Source: a virus. Taken from it: 64,000 nucleotides of DNA. Positions 51,999 through 59,033 of this stretch are shown piece after piece. The number at the start of each line of letters is the position of its first letter. Positions within the stretch are counted from its first letter, which is position 1. Under the pieces are notes generated by a model that was given only the letters and a program-made list of their open reading frames with translations, searched no databases and was not told where the DNA came from. The position numbers were made by a program, and so were the translations under genes. The stretch is taken from IMG/VR virus record IMGVR_UViG_3300034093_003283, one strand, 5' to 3'.

Positions 51999-52651
51999 TG
52001 ATTGTCGGCCTCGTAGGTTTCATTGGTTGCGGTAAAGGTACCGCTGGTGATATTTTAAAAGATGTTGGTTTTAAACAACTTAGTTTTGCCGGTGGTGTCA
52101 AAGATATTGCGGCAGTTATGTTTGATTGGCCAAGAGAGTACCTAGAGGGCGACACAAGCACATCCAGAGAGTGGCGGGAACAACCAGATAAATTCTGGTC
52201 TAAAAAATTTGGCAAGGATTTTACACCACGATTAGCCCTACAGTTACTTGGTACTGAGGTTGGTCGTGGTATTTTCCATGAAAATTTTTGGGTCGATAGG
52301 TTAGAAAGACTTATTGATAGAGAGAAAAATTATGTCATTACCGATGTACGATTTCAAAATGAAATTGATTTTGTGCATAAGAACGGTGGTGTTGTGGTTG
52401 AAGTCCAGCGTGGTATTACACCACACTGGTATGAAATTGCATCACAAGCAAATAGGGGTTCACATAAAGCCGAAAGTTTTATGTATGAAAATGGTCCACA
52501 TGAATCTGAATGGAGATGGATAGGTGGTCATATTGACCACACCATTGACAATGATGGTACTGTGGAAGACTTGAAAAATAATTTAATAAAGTGCTTGACT
52601 CGTTCTTACGGATCGAATACAATAAGTGAATTGACTGAAGGAGTATCGTAA
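51998..52651 (+). CDS. gp1: Deoxynucleoside monophosphate kinase gp1
   Basis: P-loop GFIGCGKGT, 'PR..LQ.LGTE', 'ITDVRF.NE', 'H.SE'; ATG at 51998 overlaps the upstream stop. Confidence 0.9.
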   Translation: MIVGLVGFIGCGKGTAGDILKDVGFKQLSFAGGVKDIAAVMFDWPREYLEGDTSTSREWREQPDKFWSKKFGKDFTPRLALQLLGTEVGRGIFHENFWVDRLERLIDREKNYVITDVRFQNEIDFVHKNGGVVVEVQRGITPHWYEIASQANRGSHKAESFMYENGPHESEWRWIGGHIDHTIDNDGTVEDLKNNLIKCLTRSYGSNTISELTEGVS

Positions 52652-53328
52652 TGAAATTATCGAATGAGACCTTAACGGTTCTTAAAAACTTTGCCAACAT
52701 TAATCCTGGCATTGAGTTTAAGACTGGTAAGAAATTGACAACCATTTCTGCAACCAAGACTGTCTTGGCAAAAGCCGGAATTAAAGATGACTTTCCACAA
52801 GACTTTTGTATCTATGATTTGAACCAATTTTTGTCGGTTCAATCCTTGTACAAAGACGGTGAAATTGATTTCGATAACGAACATGTTATCTTCAAGGTTG
52901 GTCGTAAGAAACTAAACTATCGCAAGACTGCAAAGAGCATGATTGTAACTCCACCAGATAAAGATTTAACTCTTCCTTCTATAGATGTTTCTTTCACACT
53001 AAAAGAAGATGAATTGGCTTCTGTTCTTAAAACTGCAAGCATTCTACAATCACCAAATATTGCCATCACATCTGATGGTGAAAAGATTTACATTACAACT
53101 TGTGATTCGAAAGACAATTCTGCACATACCGATTCAACAGAAATTGCTGATGGTAATGGCAAAAAGTTTAAGGCATTATTCTTAACTGAAAACTTTAAGA
53201 TGATCGCCGGTACCTATGAGGTACAAATTTCTTCAAAAGGATTATCCTATTTTAGAAATTCAAAAGAAGATATGCAATACTGGATTGCTATCGAAGCTAA
53301 AGAATCTGATCTAACTTTTGGAGAATAA
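52651..53328 (+). CDS. gp45: Sliding clamp gp45
   Basis: 'MKLS..TL..LKNF..IN', 'F.IYDL..FL', 'YWIA.E'. Confidence 0.93.
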   Translation: MKLSNETLTVLKNFANINPGIEFKTGKKLTTISATKTVLAKAGIKDDFPQDFCIYDLNQFLSVQSLYKDGEIDFDNEHVIFKVGRKKLNYRKTAKSMIVTPPDKDLTLPSIDVSFTLKEDELASVLKTASILQSPNIAITSDGEKIYITTCDSKDNSAHTDSTEIADGNGKKFKALFLTENFKMIAGTYEVQISSKGLSYFRNSKEDMQYWIAIEAKESDLTFGE

Positions 53329-53329
53329 T

Positions 53330-53512
53330 ATGATTTGGATTACAGAATCAGCAAGCGGCAACAAGATTGCCGTTAATCCCACATACATTGTGGCCGTGTT
53401 CACCATTTCCGAAGGTGACCAAAAAGGTAAAACAGCAATCAATTTAACCAATGGTAATGTTGTTGTTGATGAATCTGATTATGATGTTATCGGAATGATT
53501 GTTGCAAAATGA
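53330..53512 (+). CDS. Small hypothetical protein
   Basis: SD GGAG then ATG at 53330; coupled to the next gene. Confidence 0.5.
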   Translation: MIWITESASGNKIAVNPTYIVAVFTISEGDQKGKTAINLTNGNVVVDESDYDVIGMIVAK

Positions 53513-53784
53513 CTAAAGTTAATACACTATTCGGTTCCTTTGATGATGAAGCATTGAAGAAACTCAAAGGTTATGTGGATGAAGCAGTTCACCACATGCA
53601 CAAGAACGATTCAAACAGTGCTGCAATCAAAGACATTATTGACCTTGCATATGATGAGTTGAAGATTCCTAAAAAGATTCTTAAACGCATGGCAAAAACA
53701 CAACACAAGAATTCATTCCAAACTGAGGTTGCGGAATCTAAAGAATTTGAAGCACTATACGAAAGTATGGTTGAGGTGAAGTAA
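53509..53784 (+). CDS. Double-stranded DNA-binding protein (T4 DsbA-like)
   Basis: 'IKDI...A..EL.I..K.....A...HK....E..E..E.E.LYE' pattern and ~90-aa size. Confidence 0.6.
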   Translation: MTKVNTLFGSFDDEALKKLKGYVDEAVHHMHKNDSNSAAIKDIIDLAYDELKIPKKILKRMAKTQHKNSFQTEVAESKEFEALYESMVEVK

Positions 53785-54122
53785 TGCAACAGTTGGAGAT
53801 TCAATTCTTTTATCCATTGACGGATCAAAAGACATTGGATTTGGATTTTACTCCAAGTGAACAATGGAATGTTGAACACCGAAAGAAATTGAATATTACT
53901 TATGGTGGCAATTTTTTGATTGGTAGTGGTGGCACTGGTCTTACTATATCATCGTCATCACCAACGGCAGGTTCTTTTGTTATAAGACCACCTTCTGTGA
54001 AAAATGTTGGTAAGTGGGAAATCACAGATTCTGTGTTTGTGTATAGACCCACTAAGCCAAATGCAGTCGTAAGATTTTTTGCCAAGTTACTGCTTGGCTT
54101 TAAATGGCATGACGAAATTTAA
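53784..54122 (+). CDS. Hypothetical protein
   Basis: Translationally coupled ORF; no motif recognised. Confidence 0.5.
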   Translation: MQQLEIQFFYPLTDQKTLDLDFTPSEQWNVEHRKKLNITYGGNFLIGSGGTGLTISSSSPTAGSFVIRPPSVKNVGKWEITDSVFVYRPTKPNAVVRFFAKLLLGFKWHDEI

Positions 54123-54142
54123 TTATATTATGGAGAATTTGA

Positions 54143-55078
54143 ATGTCGCAACACATTTTGTGGGTGGAGAAGTATCGTCCTAAAACCATTGAAGATTGTA
54201 TTCTTCCTGATGGTATCAAGTCAACATTTCAGGAGTATGTAAACCGTAAAGAGATTCCCAATCTCTTGTTGGCGGGTTCTGCTGGTGTCGGTAAAACTAC
54301 AATTGCAAAGGCTCTCTGTGAAGAAGTCGGTTGTGATTATATTATGATTAACGGTTCAGATGAATCGGGTATCGATGTTCTACGGAACAAAATCAAAAAC
54401 TACGCATCATCCATGTCCTTGTCAGGCGGCCGCAAGGTTGTCATCATTGACGAAGCGGACTATCTAAATCCAAATTCAACTCAACCTGCCATGCGTGGTG
54501 CGATTGAGGAGTTTGCATCCAACTGTTCTTTCATCTTCACATGTAACTTTAAGAACAGAATCATTGATCCAATCCATTCTCGTTGTACTGTTGTTGACTT
54601 CAAAATCAATGGCAGTAAACAAAAGATGGCTGCGGCTTTCTTTAAACGTGCTGAGTGGATTCTGGAACAAGAAGGTATAACCTACGACAAAGCCGTGGTC
54701 GCTGCCGTTATCACCAAACACTTTCCTGACAACCGCCGTGTTCTTAATGAATTGCAGCGTTACAGTGTTAGTGGTACAATCGACAAAGGCATTCTTGCAT
54801 CGGTTTCTGATGTGCAGATGAATGAGCTGGTGTCTTCTATTATGAACAAGGACTTTGCTTCTTGTCGAAAATGGGTTACAAACAACCTCGACAATGACGT
54901 TACCAGAATATTTAGAAACATCTATGATTCATTGTATGACAAATTAAAACCAAACTCTGTACCACAAATGGTTCTGATATTGGCCAAGTATCAATATCAA
55001 TCGGCCTTTGTTGCAGACCATGAAATCAATTTGATTGCTTGTTTGACGGAACTTATGGTTGAATGTGAATTCAAATGA
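54143..55078 (+). CDS. gp44: Clamp loader large subunit gp44
   Basis: WVEKYRP, GSAGVGKTT, IIDEAD, SRC. Confidence 0.96.
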   Translation: MSQHILWVEKYRPKTIEDCILPDGIKSTFQEYVNRKEIPNLLLAGSAGVGKTTIAKALCEEVGCDYIMINGSDESGIDVLRNKIKNYASSMSLSGGRKVVIIDEADYLNPNSTQPAMRGAIEEFASNCSFIFTCNFKNRIIDPIHSRCTVVDFKINGSKQKMAAAFFKRAEWILEQEGITYDKAVVAAVITKHFPDNRRVLNELQRYSVSGTIDKGILASVSDVQMNELVSSIMNKDFASCRKWVTNNLDNDVTRIFRNIYDSLYDKLKPNSVPQMVLILAKYQYQSAFVADHEINLIACLTELMVECEFK

Positions 55079-55464
55079 GTCCGTTCGACTATGCTGATTT
55101 CATCCTAAGAAAAAAGACACCAGAAGGTGACTTAGATTTCAAGGATTATGCTCCATTTCTAATCAACAGGTCTTTATCTAATCACCTGGATTGCGTGTTG
55201 TTTGTTAACGAAATCAACATGTGGCCTGGTCTGGACAAGGACATGCAATACCAGTATCTTCTAAATAGTATCAGGCCCATGAAACGGAAGTTTGTTCCGT
55301 GGCAAAAAGCCGATTCTGATAGGAATATTGAGTGTGTGAAAATCTATTTTGGTTATTCAAACGCCAAGGCTAAAGAAGCCCTTCGTATTCTTACTGATGA
55401 ACAAATCGCTGATATAAAAACAAAAATAGATACAGGCGGAGTGAAGAATAATGATAGACATTAA
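55075..55464 (+). CDS. gp62: Clamp loader small subunit gp62
   Basis: 'Y.PF.INR.LS...D', 'Y.GYS..KA.E.L..L'; follows gp44. Confidence 0.9.
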   Translation: MSPFDYADFILRKKTPEGDLDFKDYAPFLINRSLSNHLDCVLFVNEINMWPGLDKDMQYQYLLNSIRPMKRKFVPWQKADSDRNIECVKIYFGYSNAKAKEALRILTDEQIADIKTKIDTGGVKNNDRH

Positions 55465-55858
55465 AGACCTAGTTGAAGTGACATTGGATGAAAAAGATGA
55501 TTTTTTAAAAGTTCGTGAAACACTGACACGGATCGGTGTTGCGTCCAAGAAGGACAAGACACTATATCAATCTTGCCACATACTCCACAAACGTGGTCAA
55601 TACTATGTGGTACATTTCAAAGAGTTGTTTGCCCTAGATGGTAAACCAACCGACATTACCGAAAATGATCTATCACGTAGGAATGCTATTGCAAACCTAT
55701 TGGAAGATTGGGGTCTAGTAAAGATTGTCAACAAGAAACAGACCGAGGTACCTGCACCTATCTTTCTTTCACAGGTAAAGATTCTTTCTCATAAAGAGAA
55801 GAATGAGTGGCAATTAACTCCAAAGTACAATATTGGTAAAAAACCACAACCAGCTTGA
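55451..55858 (+). CDS. regA: Translational repressor RegA
   Basis: 'DDFLKVRETLTRIG.AS.K...LYQSCHILHK.G.YY.VHFKELF.LDG'. Confidence 0.96.
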   Translation: MIDIKDLVEVTLDEKDDFLKVRETLTRIGVASKKDKTLYQSCHILHKRGQYYVVHFKELFALDGKPTDITENDLSRRNAIANLLEDWGLVKIVNKKQTEVPAPIFLSQVKILSHKEKNEWQLTPKYNIGKKPQPA

Positions 55859-55883
55859 CAACCTGTATAAATAATACTATAAT
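55855..55883 (+). promoter_or_regulatory. Sigma70 promoter with an embedded late promoter, upstream of hsp20
   Basis: TTGACA-17 nt-TATAAT; TATAAATA at 55866-55873 lies within the spacer. Confidence 0.75.
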
Positions 55884-55888
55884 AATGG

Positions 55889-55945
55889 TGCCGTGCTCTT
55901 TGAGGCGGCAATTTTTTAATCTTGCTTTTTAAGGAGAAAACTATG
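55889..55945 (+). promoter_or_regulatory. ROSE-like RNA thermometer in the hsp20 5' UTR
   Basis: TCTT(G)CTT pairs with the SD AAGGAGA with a bulged G (UUGCU motif); preceded by a TGCCG/CGGCA hairpin. Confidence 0.65.
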
Positions 55946-56383
55946 ACAGGATTACTGTTTCCAAAATTCGACCAACTGTACCCAAACATGATTGGTCTAG
56001 ACCAGATTACCGATATGTTGCAAGCTGCAACCAAAGATATTGCGAAATCTGTACCAACTTATCCCCCATACAATATCAAACAAATCAAAGACAACAAGTT
56101 CGTCATCGAAATGGCTGTTGCTGGATTTGGAAAATCTGATATTGAAATTACCATGGAAGGTAATAAGTTGGCCATCAAAGGTGCCTCTAAAGAGGATGAT
56201 AACCAGGACTATCTCTACAAAGGTATTGCCAACCGTGCATTTGAACGCACCTTCACATTGAAGGATACGATTGAAATTAAAAATGCTGAATTGGTTAATG
56301 GTATGCTTAAGGTGTGGTTGGAAAATATGGTGAAGGCTCAAGACGCCATCAAGAAAATTTCCATTCAAACAAAGGAAGACTAA
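55943..56383 (+). CDS. Small heat-shock protein (Hsp20, IbpA-like)
   Basis: 'YPPYNI', 'IEMAVAGF', 'YL.KGIA.R.F.R.F.L', 'A.L.NGML', C-terminal I-x-I. Confidence 0.93.
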   Translation: MTGLLFPKFDQLYPNMIGLDQITDMLQAATKDIAKSVPTYPPYNIKQIKDNKFVIEMAVAGFGKSDIEITMEGNKLAIKGASKEDDNQDYLYKGIANRAFERTFTLKDTIEIKNAELVNGMLKVWLENMVKAQDAIKKISIQTKED

Positions 56384-56469
56384 TGTTTAAAAAACTATTT
56401 TCAAGTATATTGGAAGCCATAGAGGCTATCAAGAAACACAGGTCAGACCGTACCTTAAAAGGTAGATAA
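56383..56469 (+). CDS. 28-aa peptide coupled to hsp20 (MFKKLFSSILEAIEAIKKHRSDRTLKGR)
   Basis: ATG overlaps the hsp20 stop (TAATG); ends just before the terminator; amphipathic N-terminus. Confidence 0.4.
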   Translation: MFKKLFSSILEAIEAIKKHRSDRTLKGR

Positions 56470-56473
56470 CCAT

Positions 56474-56500
56474 AAGGGGTCTTGACAGACCCCTTTTTTT
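56474..56500 (+). terminator. Intrinsic terminator overlapping a sigma70 promoter
   Basis: AAGGGGTCT-TGAC-AGACCCCTT plus T run; TTGACA (56482)-17 nt-TATAAT (56505) overlaps it. Confidence 0.8.
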
Positions 56501-56519
56501 GTTGTATAATGGTGTCATT

Positions 56520-56714
56520 ATGAAAACTGTTAAAACTTCCATTCGCAAATTACGCAACCGCTTGAACCCAAGTGAAATCTATTTTACTCAATCTGATTGG
56601 GATCCCAAAGAGATTGATGGTGTACTATTTCTGCCTGTGGCGGAACAGATACCTATTCCTAGAGGCCGCATGTTAAAATGGATGCGTAAAGATTCTTTAG
56701 AATATGTTAAATAA
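56520..56714 (+). CDS. Small hypothetical protein, probably leaderless
   Basis: ATG 9 nt after the -10 box; no SD. Confidence 0.5.
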   Translation: MKTVKTSIRKLRNRLNPSEIYFTQSDWDPKEIDGVLFLPVAEQIPIPRGRMLKWMRKDSLEYVK

Positions 56715-56715
56715 C

Positions 56716-56790
56716 GCCCATATAGCTTAATGGTAAAGCAGGGAACTCATAATTCCTTGAGTGGGGGTTCAATTCCCTCTGTGGGCACCA
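56716..56790 (+). tRNA. tRNA with CAT anticodon (elongator Met or lysidine-type Ile2)
   Basis: GCCCATA/TGTGGGC acceptor stem, CT-CAT-AA loop, TTCAATT T-loop, CCA. Confidence 0.88.
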
Positions 56791-56804
56791 ATTGAAAGTG
56801 ATAT

Positions 56805-57323
56805 GTGAAACAAAAATTTCGTGATGCTTATATGAAGGTGGCAGAGACTTTTGCAGAACTGTCTTCCGCCAGACGCCTTCATGTTGGCGCAATTATAGTG
56901 AAAGATGATAGAATTATATCTATTGGATACAATGGTATGCCATCTGGTTGGGATAACAACTGTGAAGATAAAGAATACATGGACCAAACGGCGGGTGGTT
57001 GGTTGTCACCTGAAGAAATTGAAGAACAGTGGCCATGGAGTGAACAACAGTTACCAAAAACTGAAGACCTTCCATGGCTTCGTTATAAGTTAAAAACAAA
57101 ACCGGAGGTTCTTCATGCAGAAACTAATGCAATCGCTAAGCTGGCAAGATCGAATGAATCTGGCCTTGGGGCTCATCTCTTTGTTACTCATGCACCTTGT
57201 TTGGACTGTGCCAAGCTTGTTTACCAATCTGGTATCAATAGTGTTTATTATCGCAATAGTTATCGTATCCAAGATGGCTTACAATTCTTGGATAAAGCAG
57301 GAGTGAAAGTGGAAAAGATGTGA
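56805..57323 (+). CDS. cd: dCMP deaminase
   Basis: 'VGA.IVK..RIIS.GYNG', HAE, PCLDC zinc motifs. Confidence 0.92.
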   Translation: MKQKFRDAYMKVAETFAELSSARRLHVGAIIVKDDRIISIGYNGMPSGWDNNCEDKEYMDQTAGGWLSPEEIEEQWPWSEQQLPKTEDLPWLRYKLKTKPEVLHAETNAIAKLARSNESGLGAHLFVTHAPCLDCAKLVYQSGINSVYYRNSYRIQDGLQFLDKAGVKVEKM

Positions 57324-57366
57324 ATCTCTAAATAAGCCTGGGACATTATTGTCCAAAGGAGTTCCC

Positions 57367-57879
57367 ATGCGTGTTAGGGTAGTGAATTGTCCAGACAAAG
57401 ACTTCAAGCCTTTTGTAGAAAGAGCTGCCCAATTCTACGCCAAAGAACTTGTGCCTAACACCAGAATACGAAACAACTGTTTTACTGAAATTAAATTTGA
57501 TGAATCCATACAAGAATATGGGTTTGCAAGTGTTAAAGAATACAATACAAGAAACAAACCAAGACAATTTTTGATAGAGATTCATCCAGGCATTGGGTCC
57601 AGAAGAATACTAGAAACACTGGCCCATGAAATGGTTCATGTCAAACAGTACATTCAAAATGAAACCAACGACCAGCTGACCAAGTGGCGGGGTAAAAGGA
57701 TCAATTCTGACAAAGTGGACTATTGGGTGCAACCATGGGAAATAGATGCATATGGCCGTGAGACTGGACTACTAACAAAGTTTGCAATTTCAGAACATCT
57801 CTGGGAAATATTTGAAGATTTTGTTAACCCTGGAGAACCAATAGTTAAACAATCAATCCGTTGGAAAATAAAATCTTAA
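57367..57879 (+). CDS. Putative zinc metallopeptidase (HExxH)
   Basis: 'TLAHEMVHVKQ' and 'Y...PWE..A'. Confidence 0.7.
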   Translation: MRVRVVNCPDKDFKPFVERAAQFYAKELVPNTRIRNNCFTEIKFDESIQEYGFASVKEYNTRNKPRQFLIEIHPGIGSRRILETLAHEMVHVKQYIQNETNDQLTKWRGKRINSDKVDYWVQPWEIDAYGRETGLLTKFAISEHLWEIFEDFVNPGEPIVKQSIRWKIKS

Positions 57880-57899
57880 AAATATTTTTAAAAAACCGC

Positions 57900-57928
57900 T
57901 TGCCAAGGCTCAAAGTTTACTATATAAT
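57900..57928 (+). promoter_or_regulatory. Sigma70 promoter P1 of the tRNA-array leader
   Basis: TTGCCA-17 nt-TATAAT, with an A/T-rich tract upstream. Confidence 0.8.
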
Positions 57929-57960
57929 ACAAACATATTTAATTTTTTAGAAAGAAAAAA

Positions 57961-58080
57961 GTGTCTCTCATATCCCATAAGCCCTTTACGTTACAACTAG
58001 AGTATCGCACAATGAATTGCGCCGATAGCTCATGGGCGATTACAACCGGGTTTTGTGTAGATGAGGGATGGGACGGATAA
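57961..58080 (+). CDS. Putative attenuator leader peptide, 39 aa (MSLISHKPFTLQLEYRTMNCADSSWAITTGFCVDEGWDG)
   Basis: GTG start after purine-rich AGAAAG; lies between promoter and terminator; all 20 amino acids; 33 distinct codons in 39. Confidence 0.65.
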   Translation: MSLISHKPFTLQLEYRTMNCADSSWAITTGFCVDEGWDG

Positions 58081-58110
58081 AAAAGTTCTAAAAAAGACTC
58101 CAAACACAAG

Positions 58111-58140
58111 ACCCTAGACCTAAAAAATCTAGGGTTTTTT
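58111..58140 (+). terminator. Intrinsic terminator (putative attenuator) ahead of the tRNA array
   Basis: ACCCTAGA-9 nt-TCTAGGGT plus T run; its 5' arm can alternatively pair with 58048-58058. Confidence 0.8.
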
Positions 58141-58143
58141 GTT

Positions 58144-58195
58144 TGTTGTTTCAATACAACACAGTGGTTGCCAGAATCTTTGGTTCTGATACAAT
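58144..58195 (+). promoter_or_regulatory. Palindromic site plus sigma70 promoter P2 of the tRNA array
   Basis: TGTTGT-N6-ACAACA (58144-58161), then TTGCCA-16 nt-TACAAT with TG extension. Confidence 0.7.
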
Positions 58196-58202
58196 ACACA
58201 CT

Positions 58203-58227
58203 TGTTCTTTAAAAATTTGTTGTAGTT
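58203..58227 (+). promoter_or_regulatory. boxA-like antitermination element, copy 1
   Basis: TGTTCTTTAAAA resembles rrn boxA TGCTCTTTAACA; 24 nt are identical to 58931-58954. Confidence 0.7.
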
Positions 58228-58230
58228 TAT

Positions 58231-58304
58231 TCCCGAATGGTGTAGTGGCAGCACAGCAGACTTTGACTCTGTTAGTATAAGTTCGATTCTTATTTCGGGT
58301 GCCA
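58231..58304 (+). tRNA. tRNA-Gln(TTG)
   Basis: Cloverleaf; CT-TTG-AC loop; CCA. Confidence 0.9.
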
Positions 58305-58398
58305 TATTCAAACACATTATAGTGACGCATGAGCAGGTCACCAACTTCCGCTGGTTACGACAATCGTAAGTGAGTGAAGATAGTGTGTTTCAATATGG
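58302..58398 (+). ncRNA. Structured spacer RNA closed by a long stem
   Basis: CCATATT-C-AAACACATTAT pairs with ATAGTGTGTTT-C-AATATGG. Confidence 0.5.
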
Positions 58399-58489
58399 AA
58401 GATAATGCAGGTGGGATGGTCCGCCGACTAGCCTTGAAAACTAGGTTCTCTCAAAAAGGGATGGGGTTCGACTCCTCTGTCTTCCGCCA
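58397..58489 (+). tRNA. tRNA-Ser(TGA), atypical 8/4 fold
   Basis: GGAAGATA/TGTCTTCC 8-bp acceptor, 4-bp T stem, long variable arm, G73, CCA. Confidence 0.8.
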
Positions 58490-58497
58490 AATTTTAA

Positions 58498-58571
58498 CTG
58501 GGTATATGATAGTGGCAGTCGCCGAGGTTTGGAACCTTGTAGTGCAAGTTCGATTCTTGCTACCCAGACCA
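58498..58571 (+). tRNA. tRNA-Pro(TGG)
   Basis: CTGGGTA/TACCCAG; TT-TGG-AA loop; CCA. Confidence 0.88.
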
Positions 58572-58576
58572 AAAAC

Positions 58577-58666
58577 GGAGAGTGGGCAGGATGGTAATGC
58601 AGCGGATTGCTAATCCGTAGGCTCATGAAAGTGGGCCACAGGGTTCGACTCCCTGACTCTCCACCA
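58577..58666 (+). tRNA. tRNA-Ser(GCT)
   Basis: GGAGAGT/ACTCTCC; long variable arm; CCA. Confidence 0.9.
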
Positions 58667-58668
58667 AT

Positions 58669-58760
58669 GCCAGCGAGACTTGGTAGTCAGAGAGGTCTTA
58701 TACACCTTTTAGCGCCAGATTAGCGTTCTTGATAGGGTTCGATTCCCTACGCTGGTACCA
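58669..58760 (+). tRNA. Atypical tRNA with TAT anticodon (Ile-UAU-like)
   Basis: GCCAGCG/CGCTGGT acceptor, very small D arm, 6-bp anticodon stem with CT-TAT-AC loop, long variable region, canonical T arm, CCA. Confidence 0.65.
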
Positions 58761-58768
58761 GATTTTAT

Positions 58769-58844
58769 GTTGGTGTGACCCGAATGGCTAGGGAGCAGAT
58801 TGCAAATCTGTTATATGCAGGTTCAAATCCTGTCACCAACTCCA
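58769..58844 (+). tRNA. tRNA-Cys(GCA)
   Basis: GTTGGTG/CACCAAC; U73; CCA. Confidence 0.9.
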
Positions 58845-58848
58845 AACA

Positions 58849-58901
58849 TGTTGTAGAAATACAACAGTGCTGGTTGACAAAAGATGTGGTTGTGTTATAC
58901 T
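58849..58901 (+). promoter_or_regulatory. Palindromic site plus sigma70 promoter P3, internal to the array
   Basis: TGTTGT-N6-ACAACA (58849-58866), then TTGACA-16 nt-TATACT with TG extension. Confidence 0.75.
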
Positions 58902-58930
58902 TCATACATGAATTGAGAAATCAATCAAAC

Positions 58931-58954
58931 GTTCTTTAAAAATTTGTTGTAGTT
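58931..58954 (+). promoter_or_regulatory. boxA-like antitermination element, copy 2
   Basis: GTTCTTTAAAAATTTGTTGTAGTT, identical to 58204-58227. Confidence 0.7.
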
Positions 58955-58958
58955 AATT

Positions 58959-59033
58959 GCACCTATCGTCTATCGGTTAGGACGCTGCCCTTTCAAGGCG
59001 GAAAGAGGAGTTCGATTCTCCTTAGGTGTACCA
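58959..59033 (+). tRNA. tRNA-Glu(TTC)
   Basis: Cloverleaf; CT-TTC-AA loop; CCA. Confidence 0.9.

Noticed and set aside
58397-58489. Selenocysteine tRNA
   Set aside because: The acceptor resembles selC, but the anticodon is TGA (Ser), the T stem is 4 bp, and no sel genes are present in the window.
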